Of a DNA stretch of 64,000 nucleotides, positions 20,782 through 30,643 are shown in pieces. A program made the position numbers and the translations under genes. This DNA comes from Dokdonia sp. (lineage in GTDB: Bacteria; Bacteroidota; Bacteroidia; Flavobacteriales; Flavobacteriaceae), in assembly GCA_047622005.1 (NCBI GenBank), contig JBLHML010000008.1:20733-84732 (forward strand), written 5' to 3'. Each line of letters opens with the position of its first letter. Positions within the stretch are counted from its first letter, which is position 1. Below the pieces are notes generated by a model. It was not told where the DNA came from, did no database searches, and worked only from the letters and a program-made list of their open reading frames with translations.

Positions 20782-21306
20782 CTATTGTGGCTTTAGCACA
20801 TTGTTCTTTTCAAATTCAAACTTCTTATTTATTTGTAGATTTAGGTTTGAAGTCGTGATCAAAAACTCCTTTATAGCTTCGAGTTTTTCGTCTTTTTCAA
20901 TATTAGAAATTCTTAGTAGACTATTTAACTTCTGTGTTTTTGTGTCCAAAGCAGTAATTCTAGCAAAAATCTCATTGGTTTGAAGTTTTACAGGCATTTC
21001 TGTTCTTAATTCTTGTAATAATGTTTGAACAATTAAGGGGTCACCAGAAAAATAAATTAAATCTCCTTTTTTTAATAATTCTACTTGAATTTTTAAATCT
21101 TGAAATTTTTGCCAATCGTTTACTGCCTTTTGTGAGTCTGTACTTAAACCAAAATCATCATAGCGTATGGAAGCTATGTCTTTTTGAGAGATTGTTTTTG
21201 CATCTATTTGCTCTTGGGTTTCTATAATAACTTCGGAAAATTTATCACCTTTACAATTGGTGATTAAAAAACAAACACTTAATAAAGCTAGTAATACTGT
21301 ACGCAT
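20782..21306 (-). CDS. Hypothetical lipoprotein
   Basis: 174-aa ORF with lipobox-like ITNC; no motif recognised. Confidence 0.65.
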   Translation of the reverse strand: MRTVLLALLSVCFLITNCKGDKFSEVIIETQEQIDAKTISQKDIASIRYDDFGLSTDSQKAVNDWQKFQDLKIQVELLKKGDLIYFSGDPLIVQTLLQELRTEMPVKLQTNEIFARITALDTKTQKLNSLLRISNIEKDEKLEAIKEFLITTSNLNLQINKKFEFEKNNVLKPQ

Positions 21307-21449
21307 GATTAATAAAATTCAATTTGAAGTAAATATAAGAAAAGCGAATACATGTTAATTGTAATTAACAAAAAAATAAAGAGTCTAGAGTTTTCTGAAT
21401 TTATGCTTTTATTCTTTTTATTTTTGACTGTACGATTAAATACTATATT

Positions 21450-22415
21450 ATGCCTAGAATTTTAGTTATCGGTGCTGGTGGTCAAATAGGATCTGAGCTC
21501 ACACATACCTTAAGAGCACTTTACGGACCAGAAAATGTTATAGCAAGCGATATTGGATATCATAATACGTATATCGTAAACTCTGGTATTTTTGAAATTG
21601 TTGATGCTCAGGATTATGACTCCGTAAAAACGTGTATCGATAAACATCAAATTGATACGGTCTATCTTATGGCAGCTATGTTAAGTGCTACCGGAGAAAA
21701 ATTCCCAATGAAAGCATGGGATTTAAATATTAAATCTCTTTTTCATGTTTTAAACCTTGCAAAAGATGGGTTTATAAAACAAATATTCTGGCCTTCTAGT
21801 ATTGCTGTTTTTGGCCCTACAACTCCGGCTTTAAATACACCTCAGCACACTGTTGCAGAACCTACAACAGTGTATGGCATCACAAAACAAGTGGGTGAGC
21901 GTTGGTGCGAATATTACCATAGTAAATATGGTGTTGATGTGAGAAGTCTGCGTTATCCTGGTATTATAAGTTGGAAAACAATGCCTGGAGGAGGCACCAC
22001 AGATTATGCTGTAGAAATATACCATAAGGCTGTACTAAATAAGCGTTATGAGTGTTTCTTATCTGAAAACACAAAACTTCCAATGATGTTTATGAATGAT
22101 GCTATTGATGCCACTGTTAAACTCATGCAAGCAGATCCTGACACTGTGAAAATTAGGTCTTCCTATAATTTGGCAGCTATAAGTTTCACGCCTAAGGATA
22201 TTTCCGAAGCGATAAAAAAACATATTCCTGATTTTAAAATCACTTACAACCCAGATTCTAGACAGGACATCGCTAATAGTTGGCCAAAGTCTATTGATGA
22301 CTCATCTGCACAAACGGACTGGAATTGGTCTCATAACTACAGTCTTGAAAAAATGACTGAAGAAATGATTACACAGTTACGTAATAAGTATAAAGATTCG
22401 ATGACCATTCGATAA
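21450..22415 (+). CDS. L-threonine 3-dehydrogenase, SDR/epimerase type
   Basis: GAGGQIGSEL, LSATGE, PSSIAVFG, YGITK, RYPG, PGGGTTDY. Confidence 0.85.
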   Translation: MPRILVIGAGGQIGSELTHTLRALYGPENVIASDIGYHNTYIVNSGIFEIVDAQDYDSVKTCIDKHQIDTVYLMAAMLSATGEKFPMKAWDLNIKSLFHVLNLAKDGFIKQIFWPSSIAVFGPTTPALNTPQHTVAEPTTVYGITKQVGERWCEYYHSKYGVDVRSLRYPGIISWKTMPGGGTTDYAVEIYHKAVLNKRYECFLSENTKLPMMFMNDAIDATVKLMQADPDTVKIRSSYNLAAISFTPKDISEAIKKHIPDFKITYNPDSRQDIANSWPKSIDDSSAQTDWNWSHNYSLEKMTEEMITQLRNKYKDSMTIR

Positions 22416-22470
22416 CCATAAATTAACGGTCTGAACATACGTAAAACATATTTACATTGAGTTCACATAC

Positions 22471-22502
22471 AAAAAAAGCACTTTCCTAAGAAAGTGCTTT
22501 TT
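22471..22502. terminator. Bidirectional rho-independent terminator
   Basis: AAAAAAAGCACTTTC-CTAA-GAAAGTGCTTTTT. Confidence 0.85.
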
Positions 22503-22524
22503 GATTAAAATAAACTTAGTTCTG

Positions 22525-23103
22525 TTATAGCTCGAAGCTCTTAATAAAAGATCTGTCTCCAGATGACATGCGCAAATAATAGCTTCCTTTTTCTGGATCA
22601 GATAATTTATAAACTTGATTTAGAATCTGCTTTCCTACTAATTGGTCTTTAAAAATACGTTCTCCTTCGTAAAACAACTCAATATTTAAAGGCTCTTCCT
22701 CTAAAGACATGTGAGAAATTAATAACCGGTCATTTTCTAATCGCACTACCGGCTTAAAAATTGTCTTTTCCTTACTGTCTAAAAACAAAACGCTATTAGA
22801 CTGAATAATAAATGGAGTGACAATAATTTCAAAGTCTCTCTCCAATTCAATAACATATGAACCATTATTCAATGCTGTAAAATCAAATTTCTTTAAGAAA
22901 GTTCCATTTCGTTTAATCATTTCAGTGTATAGTACAGTTCCCTCATTATCAAGAATTGTATATTGGTGTCCTTTTTTTACATTAGAAAATTTAAATAGTG
23001 TAATTGCTTTTGAAGGAACATCTATTACATTTTCATTTGCGTAGCCTGTAACTATCGTTAACATCATAACTACTGTTAATATTGTTTTCATTGTTTTCAT
23101 CAC
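22525..23103 (-). CDS. Exported protein with two small beta-sandwich-like repeats
   Basis: Signal peptide; two similar halves (ILDNEG.VLY...FDF..L.NGSY and LFYEGE.IF...YKL...KGSY). Confidence 0.65.
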   Translation of the reverse strand: MMKTMKTILTVVMMLTIVTGYANENVIDVPSKAITLFKFSNVKKGHQYTILDNEGTVLYTEMIKRNGTFLKKFDFTALNNGSYVIELERDFEIIVTPFIIQSNSVLFLDSKEKTIFKPVVRLENDRLLISHMSLEEEPLNIELFYEGERIFKDQLVGKQILNQVYKLSDPEKGSYYLRMSSGDRSFIKSFEL

Positions 23104-23362
23104 TTTATAGGTTTTAATGATTTACACTGCAAATTTAAAACGTTATGCACGCATAGAAAACATCAGAATTAGCATATTTATATACTATATTAGCCTCACC
23201 GTATCCGCCTAAGCAATAACATGTTAATATAGGATACTTTTTAGATAATTTTGAATAGAAATTAAAAATCAAATGCCTTAAATTTGTATTTAATACCAAA
23301 TGAACATTTAAATAACTCATACACTATTATTCAAATTATTCATAGCTCACTTTAAAATTAAT

Positions 23363-24259
23363 TTGGTACAACAGATTGATATGATCAAGAGAAAGCCAAC
23401 TTTAGAAAAAATTAGTCCCAAATTTGGAAGCTCCATTTTCGTAAAAAAAGGGACTTCACAAGATATTGGTGCAAACACCTCTCCTTTCTGGCATTTTCAT
23501 CCAGAGATAGAACTTGTGTATGTAGATAAGGGAAAAGGGAAACGACACATTGGTAATCATTTATCCTATTTTGATAATAGTCAGCTCATTTTAATTGGAT
23601 CCAATTTACCACACTACGGTTTTACTGATAGACTTACACAACATGGGTCTGAAGTTTTAGTGCAATTCAAACCAGAATTCCTAGGTGCTTACTTTTTTGA
23701 TACACCAGAAATGATAAGTATCAACGCCCTTTTTGAACGTTCAAAAAATGGAATCCTTTTTAAAGCTGAAACTAAAAGACGTGTCGGTAAAAAAATTCAA
23801 AAGCTAAATGATGTCAGCGGTTTTGAACGTGTCATACTGCTTTTAAAAATTCTTCATAAACTATCTGAAGTCAAAGATTATGAGATTTTAAATGCTGACG
23901 GCTTTGTCTTTGAAACCGAAATACAGGATAGTGCCAAAATAGATATCATCTATAAACACATTAACAATAACTTCCAGAATCATATTTCACTAGACGAAAT
24001 TGCAGATAAAGTAAGTATGACTGTTCCTGCTTTTTGTAGATATTTTAAAAAATCTACTGGTAAAACATTTACTAAACTAGTTAATGAATATAGAATCGTA
24101 CATGCCACCAAACTATTATCTGAAAGTCAAATGAGTATAGCCGATGTGGCGTTTGAATGCGGTTTCAATAATTTCTCACACTTCAATAAGTTGTTTAAAG
24201 AATTTACTGGTAAGAGTGCTTCAAAATACAGAGGTGAACTTAAACAAATGGTTAAATAA
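23363..24259 (+). CDS. AraC-family transcriptional regulator with cupin sensor (likely start 23381)
   Basis: WHFHPEIEL, GSNLPH, FCRYFKK, ECGFNNFSHFNK.FK. Confidence 0.93.
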   Translation: MVQQIDMIKRKPTLEKISPKFGSSIFVKKGTSQDIGANTSPFWHFHPEIELVYVDKGKGKRHIGNHLSYFDNSQLILIGSNLPHYGFTDRLTQHGSEVLVQFKPEFLGAYFFDTPEMISINALFERSKNGILFKAETKRRVGKKIQKLNDVSGFERVILLLKILHKLSEVKDYEILNADGFVFETEIQDSAKIDIIYKHINNNFQNHISLDEIADKVSMTVPAFCRYFKKSTGKTFTKLVNEYRIVHATKLLSESQMSIADVAFECGFNNFSHFNKLFKEFTGKSASKYRGELKQMVK

Positions 24260-24269
24260 TTAAAATAAA

Positions 24270-24443
24270 ATGGAAGACAAAATAGATAAGACTCTAGAAT
24301 ATTATAAAATAAAAGAGCAACAAATTCTAAATGCTGTTAATTCTACAAACAACTTAACTGCAGAGGACATCATTCACTATGGTAAAGAGGTCTCTATACT
24401 TACGTATAAGATTACTGCTTTAGAAATTGCTAAAGAAAACTAA
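24270..24443 (+). CDS. 57-aa small protein, absent from the ORF track
   Basis: MEDKIDKTLEYYKIKEQQILNAVNSTNNLTAEDIIHYGKEVSILTYKITALEIAKEN*; starts 10 nt after the AraC stop and fills the gap. Confidence 0.7.
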   Translation: MEDKIDKTLEYYKIKEQQILNAVNSTNNLTAEDIIHYGKEVSILTYKITALEIAKEN

Positions 24444-24454
24444 TAGTATTCACT

Positions 24455-25111
24455 CTACTTTTCGCCATCCCATTCTGAATAAAACTGGTCTAGAAACTCC
24501 TCCATAAACTGATGTCTTTCTAGTGCAATTTTCTTACCTGTCTTTGTATTCATTCTATCTTTTAAAAGCAATAATTTTTCATAGAAATGATTAATTGTAG
24601 GTGCTGTTGACCCTTTGTACTCTTCCTTGGTCATTTCTAAATTCACCTTGATGAATGGATCAAATATTTTTCGGTTTTTAAACCCACCATAATTAAATGT
24701 CCTCGCAATCCCAATAGCTCCAATAGCATCTAATCGGTCTGCATCTTGCACCACATCCAACTCCCGAGAAGAAAAAATTTGCGCTTCATTTCCGCCTTTA
24801 AAAGAGATGTGCTTAATAATATTAACAACATGCTCTATAACCTTAGAATCCACATTATTCTCAAACAAGAAATTACGAGCTACCTTTGGACCTACCGTTT
24901 CATCACCATCATGAAATTTACTATCTGCTATATCATGAAGTAAAGCTCCAAGTGCGACAACAAAACCATCTACAGCTTCATTTTTTGAGATGAGCAACGC
25001 ATTATTATAGACTCTTAAAATGTGAAACCAATCGTGACCGCCTTCGGCTTTTTCAAGTTGTTGTTGAACAAACAGTTTTGTTTTTTCTATTATTTCTTCG
25101 TAAGTATCCAT
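24455..25111 (-). CDS. HD-domain phosphohydrolase (YedJ/YpgQ-like)
   Basis: GHDWFH, ALLHD, VQDADRLDAIGAIGIAR, HFYEKLL. Confidence 0.92.
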   Translation of the reverse strand: MDTYEEIIEKTKLFVQQQLEKAEGGHDWFHILRVYNNALLISKNEAVDGFVVALGALLHDIADSKFHDGDETVGPKVARNFLFENNVDSKVIEHVVNIIKHISFKGGNEAQIFSSRELDVVQDADRLDAIGAIGIARTFNYGGFKNRKIFDPFIKVNLEMTKEEYKGSTAPTINHFYEKLLLLKDRMNTKTGKKIALERHQFMEEFLDQFYSEWDGEK

Positions 25112-25171
25112 AGCTTAAAATTAAAAATTCCCTTCAGAAACTGAAAGGAATTAATTATAATTTATCTTGAA

Positions 25172-26161
25172 TTACTTTAAATGTGCAGGTTCCACCCATT
25201 TAAACTGATAGGAATTTTCAGGTATCGTAATGCGATCTGCCAATCGTAACATTCTTGGTGGCAATTTCATTAAGTAATCACGAGCTTTTTCGGCTTCATC
25301 ATTAAGCCCCTTGATATTTCCAAGATCCCACCTATCAATTAACTTTTGTAAAATATCAATATAATCCTTAGAGGTATACACACCAATACGTTGCGCTGTA
25401 TTTGAAAACTCTTCAAATGCAGTACCAATTTTATCACCAGATTCTCTAAGAAAATGTGCTGGCATTGCAATTTTACGCTTCATCATATAGTGAAAAGCCA
25501 TCATCATTTGACTTGGATCCACCTCAAAAATACGCTCCACGAATTCTGAATACGCATGATGATGCCTCATCTCGTCACCTGAGATAATTTTACACATTTT
25601 TGCTAATTGCTTATTCCCTTTAGCTTTTGCCATTTTTGCCACACGGTTGTGCGAAATATAAGTCGCTAGCTCTTGAAAGCTAGTATATACAAAGTTTTTA
25701 TAAGGATCACGATCTGTACCAATATCAAAACCGTCTGCAATAAGATATTGCGTGGTTTTTTCTATTTCTTTCATATTTACACGACCAGAAAGGTAGAGGT
25801 ATTTACTAAGTACGTCGCCATGGCGATTCTCCTCACCTGTCCAATGTCTAACCCATTTACCCCAACTATTTCGCCCTACTTGATCTACACCTTCTACATC
25901 CATTAACCAAGACTCGTAAGAGGGTAAAGCTTCTTCTGTAATCATATCGCCAACTAAAACCACCCAAAAATCATAAGGTAACTCTTTAGAAAGCTCACGT
26001 ATTTCTCGAACTTCTTCAAAAAATGAATCACTTTGAGAATTAGGTAAAAAATCTGTTGGCTGCCAAATCTTATCTATAGGTATAAGGTATTTTTCAATAA
26101 GTTGGTCCACATCTTTTTCAAGATGCTGCATGACTTCCAATCGTATATTTTTCAACGACAT
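25172..26161 (-). CDS. Soluble acyl-ACP desaturase (ferritin-like di-iron)
   Basis: WQPTDFLP, MITEEALP, WTGEENRHGD, YTSFQELAT, DEMRH. Confidence 0.95.
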   Translation of the reverse strand: MSLKNIRLEVMQHLEKDVDQLIEKYLIPIDKIWQPTDFLPNSQSDSFFEEVREIRELSKELPYDFWVVLVGDMITEEALPSYESWLMDVEGVDQVGRNSWGKWVRHWTGEENRHGDVLSKYLYLSGRVNMKEIEKTTQYLIADGFDIGTDRDPYKNFVYTSFQELATYISHNRVAKMAKAKGNKQLAKMCKIISGDEMRHHHAYSEFVERIFEVDPSQMMMAFHYMMKRKIAMPAHFLRESGDKIGTAFEEFSNTAQRIGVYTSKDYIDILQKLIDRWDLGNIKGLNDEAEKARDYLMKLPPRMLRLADRITIPENSYQFKWVEPAHLK

Positions 26162-26179
26162 ATTAATGCGGTTTAATGG

Positions 26180-26920
26180 TTATTTTATATGAATAGCGTC
26201 AGTAATTGTTTTTTCAACAGTCGCTAATAACGCTTGCTTATCTGTAAAGATAGCCATTTCTATAGGCTTATGAATAGTAAATTTTATATGATTTCCTATC
26301 CCCATCGGGAATTTACCATAACGCAACATTTTCCATGAATTATTAACCGTCACTGGCACAATCAACGCAGATGGTGTTTTCTTTATTAAAATCTCCAAGC
26401 CTTTCGTTTTAAAAGGTTTTGGATGACCATCTTTACTCCGAGTTCCTTCTGGAAAAATGACACCAGCGTAATTTGTTTTTTCTAGATACTCTCCAAATTT
26501 CATCATTGCAGGAAACGCTTGTCTTGGATTCTTACGATCTATCAATATAGATCCTCCATGACGTAAATTATAGGATACACTTGGGAGACCTTTACCTAAT
26601 TCTTTTTTTGAAACGAACTTGACATGATGCTGTCGCATATACCACATAATTGGTGATACATCATACATACTTTGATGATTAGACACAATGAGTAGAGGTC
26701 TATTTGTGGGGATATTATGAGGATTATCCCATGTAACACGAGTTCCTAATATATGTAAGCAACGCACTAAACATAATTGCAAAATATCTACGACTTTTTT
26801 ATGAACTTGATAACCAAATACATTTTTACAAAACACTTGGATGGGGTGAAAAAAGACCAAGCATAACCCAAAGGTCATTAAGTATAAAATGGTTAATGGA
26901 TATGCTAGTAGTTTTCTCAT
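26180..26920 (-). CDS. plsC: 1-acyl-sn-glycerol-3-phosphate acyltransferase family
   Basis: SNHQSMYD, IDRK, IFPEGTRS. Confidence 0.85.
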   Translation of the reverse strand: MRKLLAYPLTILYLMTFGLCLVFFHPIQVFCKNVFGYQVHKKVVDILQLCLVRCLHILGTRVTWDNPHNIPTNRPLLIVSNHQSMYDVSPIMWYMRQHHVKFVSKKELGKGLPSVSYNLRHGGSILIDRKNPRQAFPAMMKFGEYLEKTNYAGVIFPEGTRSKDGHPKPFKTKGLEILIKKTPSALIVPVTVNNSWKMLRYGKFPMGIGNHIKFTIHKPIEMAIFTDKQALLATVEKTITDAIHIK

Positions 26921-27041
26921 GTGGTAAAATTAGCCGAATCAAAGTAATACACAAAAAAACCACGATTAAAAATCGTGGTTCTATAATTAAACAAAAAACG
27001 CCTATTTACTAGAAACTCTTTGATATACTTTTAAAGTCTTA

Positions 27042-27452
27042 CTAGCAATGTGCATTATAAGCATCCATAAGATTTTCAGAAATTAATTCTGCTGGACGAC
27101 CTTCAATATGATGACGCTCTAACATGTGCACTAATTCACCATCTTTAAACAATGCCATGCAAGGTGAGCTTGGAGGGAAAGGTACCATATGCCCTCTCGC
27201 TGCATTTACAGCATCTTTATCAACTCCTGCAAACACAGTCACAATATGATCTGGACGTTTTGCGTTTTGTAAACTTTCTCTTGCTCCTGGACGAGCATTG
27301 GCTGCTGCACAACCACAAACAGAATTCACAACCACTAGTGTCGTTCCTTCTTTTGCTAAAGCAGCATTTACAGCCTCAGCTGTATGTAATTCTTCAAAAC
27401 CAACTTTGGTTAAATCCTCACGCATTGGTTTTACTAATTCTGCTGGATACAT
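27042..27452 (-). CDS. BrxA/BrxB family bacilliredoxin
   Basis: NSVCGCAA..ARP, TVFAGVD, PPSSP, ERHHIEGR. Confidence 0.93.
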   Translation of the reverse strand: MYPAELVKPMREDLTKVGFEELHTAEAVNAALAKEGTTLVVVNSVCGCAAANARPGARESLQNAKRPDHIVTVFAGVDKDAVNAARGHMVPFPPSSPCMALFKDGELVHMLERHHIEGRPAELISENLMDAYNAHC

Positions 27453-27589
27453 ATATTTTAATTTTTAGATTAATATTTGAGCCACAAAGATACGTAAAAA
27501 CCAAAGGATTTAGACAAACAATAGTTACCTGTTTAAATGGTACTATTTATGTTTTCAATGGTGTTATACTTCCGAAGTAAAAAGAAAAA

Positions 27590-27867
27590 TCATCCATTAA
27601 ACGTCAGCTGAAACCCACGAGTTACAAATGCGCGATCATCCAGTATAAAATTAGACCACGAGTATTGCATGTTCTCCTGCCCTTATTAAAACCTGAGAAT
27701 CATAAACTCCAATTAGTAAATCATCATCTACTCCTGCCAAACCATCTGTAACGGTGGTCACTGAACCAAGAAGTGTATAATGTAACCTCACTATTTGTCA
27801 CTCCATCATCGCTATTGCATGAAAATGTTAGTATGGCGAATATGAGTACATAAATACACTTTTTCAT
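27590..27867 (-). pseudogene. Degraded lipoprotein gene remnant (3' boundary approximate)
   Basis: ATG 27867 gives MKKCIYVLIFAILTFSCNSDD (clear lipoprotein signal) that stops after 47 aa; a shifted frame continues VTTVTDGLAGVDDD. Confidence 0.55.
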
Positions 27868-27989
27868 CTTTAGATCCATTTTGGATATTAAAGACACCAA
27901 AACCTCAGAAAGGTTGTGGATCTAAGTAACAAAATCAAAAAAAGTTTACTAACAAAGAGTATATTTGAATTTTAATAAAATAATATTTT

Positions 27990-28775
27990 ATGAGTTTTGC
28001 AAAATGGATTGGAGGCGCTTTAGGATGGTCTTTTGGTGGACCAATAGGCGCTATTATTGGTCTTGCTATTGGAAGTTTAATTGATGGTTCTGCTAAAGGT
28101 GGAGGCTTTTTATTAGGTGACGGAAACACGCAACGAAGACGCACAAGACAAACGTCTTCTCAATCTAGAACACAAACTCGTACACGACCTCAAACACACT
28201 CTGGCGATTTTGAATTGAGTCTATTAATTTTGGCTTCAGTAATTATAAAAGCAGATGGTAAACAAGAACAAAGTGAGCTCGATTTTGTGCGCAGCCAATT
28301 TGTTAGCATGTATGGAAAAGAGAGAGCTAATCAAGCCTTTAAGCTGTTCAAAAATATAAGTAAGCAAAATATCCCAACACGAAAAGTCTGTTTACAAATT
28401 CGTGAAATGATGGACCATGCATCGCGCTTACAGTTGCTTCATTTTCTCTTTGGAATAGCAAAAGCAGATGGTATGGTGACTGATGACGAAGTGTCTCAAA
28501 TTTACATGATTTCTGGCTATTTAGGAATTAGTTCTCGCGACTACGGAAGCATTAAAGCCATGTTTTACAACAGTACTGATAACGCTTATAAAATTTTAGA
28601 AATCACTAAAGAAGCTACGGATAGCGAAGTCAAAAAAGCGTACCGAAAGATGGCAAAAAAATACCATCCAGATAAAGTGATTCACTTAGGAGAAGAACAT
28701 CAAAAAGGTGCTGAAGACAAGTTTAGACAAGTGCAAAGTGCTTATGAGCAATTGCAAAAAGAACGCAAATTTTAA
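27990..28775 (+). CDS. DjlA-like co-chaperone (TerB + DnaJ domains)
   Basis: Gly-rich TM N-terminus, KADG repeats, C-terminal J domain with YHPD. Confidence 0.9.
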   Translation: MSFAKWIGGALGWSFGGPIGAIIGLAIGSLIDGSAKGGGFLLGDGNTQRRRTRQTSSQSRTQTRTRPQTHSGDFELSLLILASVIIKADGKQEQSELDFVRSQFVSMYGKERANQAFKLFKNISKQNIPTRKVCLQIREMMDHASRLQLLHFLFGIAKADGMVTDDEVSQIYMISGYLGISSRDYGSIKAMFYNSTDNAYKILEITKEATDSEVKKAYRKMAKKYHPDKVIHLGEEHQKGAEDKFRQVQSAYEQLQKERKF

Positions 28776-28928
28776 TCATTTACGATTGCTATCCTTCTTA
28801 TTTATTCGTTTTTCAACAGCTTTAAAATAGCGTTTTTCTTTATATTTTCTATAGATAAATACAACAATGACAATGAGGCCTAGAATCATTAGTCCGCCTT
28901 GTCCTGTGATGTAATTTAGTATGTCCAT
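28776..28928 (-). CDS. 50-aa single-pass membrane protein, absent from the ORF track
   Basis: MDILNYITGQGGLMILGLIVIVVFIYRKYKEKRYFKAVEKRINKKDSNRK*; TM segment followed by basic tail; stop abuts the DjlA-like stop. Confidence 0.6.
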   Translation of the reverse strand: MDILNYITGQGGLMILGLIVIVVFIYRKYKEKRYFKAVEKRINKKDSNRK

Positions 28929-29185
28929 ATTATTCATTTAAAAAACTATAGTCGCAATAAGAAACAAACCTTTCCCTTCTAATTTGGTATTATTATTGTG
29001 CAATATTAATGAAATATCTATTGTCGACACTATTAGTTTTGGGTTCATTACTTGTAACTGCTCAAGACATTTCAGGAGTTTATCAATAAAGTCTGATTCT
29101 AAAGATTTCGGTTTATTACGCATGATAACGCTTAACACTGATGGCAGCTTTGAGTTTTATAATTTCCGAAGAAATGAAAAAAGGC

Positions 29186-29365
29186 TCATAATAATACGAG
29201 ATAATAACACTTATATCTCGTTGTAAACGCTTTTGAAAAGGGAAGTGGGTTTTTATGAAAGTATAAGCGTCCCTTTAAATTATTAGTAACTCCAGTATAC
29301 AATACTGTTTTAATTTTATTAGTAAGAATGTAGATATAATAATTATGAGTGCCTATGGTTTTCAT
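29186..29365 (-). pseudogene. Truncated GIY-YIG nuclease (SLX1/UPF0213-like)
   Basis: MKTIGTHNYYIYILTN...LYTGVTNNLKGR...H...FTTRYKCYYLV then frameshift (intact frame would read VYYE); the C-terminal AI.RE..IK segment is missing. Confidence 0.85.
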
Positions 29366-29381
29366 AAGATGAATATATAAA

Positions 29382-29484
29382 AGATTCTTCGCTGCGCTCT
29401 GAATGACATTTGGATTCCTCATCAAAGCTAAATCTTTAATCAAACGACTACTGTCATTCAGAAGGAAGCATGACTGAAGAATCT
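29382..29484. repeat. Divergent pair of TGTC-tagged palindromic repeats, second subfamily
   Basis: Reverse complement of 29382-29408 = TGTCATTCAGAGCGCAGCGAAGAATCT; 29452-29484 = TGTCATTCAGAAGGAAGCATGACTGAAGAATCT. Confidence 0.8.
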
Positions 29485-30643
29485 ACCCTCTAAACAAAAA
29501 GAAATCATCCTTCATGTCTTCAATCTGAGCGTCTTCATTAGTGATGATATAATCAATAGCTTTAGATGTAAACTCATCACCTTTAGACGTTAAATCCACA
29601 ATATTATTATCGATAATAATCATGTTGTTTTTAAGTGCTAAATCCAACACTGTTTTAGACCGTACTTTCTGCCAATTGATATGTTCATTTAAATGATTAA
29701 CATGACGCTCACTGTCTTCATCATGATTTTTTAAATGGAGCAAAAATGTTAAAAGTGAGACTTCTATACGCTGTTGTTTTTCTCTATACAATACTGCTAT
29801 AACCCCTTTGCTTGGCGCGAATAAATAGACGATCAAAAATAAGAGTCCCAGCATTGTGGTAATTGATCCCGAAATTGAAGCATCCAACCAATGTGCAAAC
29901 CAATAGCCCGAAATAGCACTAAATACTCCAAAGATTATGGAAAGCACTAACATTTTCTTCAAATCTGTGGTTAATAAATACGCAGTTGCTGCAGGTGCAA
30001 TCATAAGTGCCACAACCAAAATAGCACCTACAGCATCAAAAGAACCTACAGTTGTGATCGAGGAAACAGTCATTAAACCATAATGCAAAATTACTGGAGA
30101 AAACCCTAGCGAAGCTGCTAAACCTTTATCAAATGTACTTAGCTTCAATTCTTTGAAAAACGCCAACAATAAACCAATCGTAATCAATAATATAACGCCA
30201 ATAACCCATAGCGATTTTGGGCCAACGTCAACTCCAGAAATAAGCAGGCGATCAAAAGGCGCAAAAGCCAATTCTCCCAATAAAACAGCATCTACATCTA
30301 AATGGACATCATTGGCATTTTTGGCAATCATAATGACACCAATACTAAACAATACAGGAAAAACGAGACCAATTGCCGTATCCTCTTTAACTAAACCTGT
30401 TTTCTGTATATACTCGACCAAAACAACCGTGATAACACCTGTAAAAGCTGCTAGTAAAATTAATAGTGGTGAGTTTAAATCTTGAGTGATAAAAAATCCA
30501 ATTACAATTCCTGGAAGTATGGAGTGACTGATAGCATCGCTTATCATGGCCATTTTCCGGAGTACTAAAAACGTTCCTGGAATAGCACAAGCAATAGCCA
30601 CCAAACTCGCAATAAGTTGTATTTCTATTTGTGCGTTACTCAT
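29483..30643 (-). CDS. Mn/Zn/Fe ABC transporter permease (TroD/MntD-like)
   Basis: FLVLRKMAMISDAISHSILPG, HLDVDAVLLGEL, VGAILVVA. Confidence 0.92.
   Translation of the reverse strand: MSNAQIEIQLIASLVAIACAIPGTFLVLRKMAMISDAISHSILPGIVIGFFITQDLNSPLLILLAAFTGVITVVLVEYIQKTGLVKEDTAIGLVFPVLFSIGVIMIAKNANDVHLDVDAVLLGELAFAPFDRLLISGVDVGPKSLWVIGVILLITIGLLLAFFKELKLSTFDKGLAASLGFSPVILHYGLMTVSSITTVGSFDAVGAILVVALMIAPAATAYLLTTDLKKMLVLSIIFGVFSAISGYWFAHWLDASISGSITTMLGLLFLIVYLFAPSKGVIAVLYREKQQRIEVSLLTFLLHLKNHDEDSERHVNHLNEHINWQKVRSKTVLDLALKNNMIIIDNNIVDLTSKGDEFTSKAIDYIITNEDAQIEDMKDDFFLFRG

Noticed and set aside
25172-27452. Plant-type acyl-ACP desaturase and bacilliredoxin as recent horizontal transfers
   Set aside because: To my knowledge both are widespread in Flavobacteriaceae, and composition and context look native
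28938-29138. 66-aa minus-strand ORF after the GIY-YIG remnant
   Set aside because: No recognisable motif or convincing start; treated as unassigned remnant sequence
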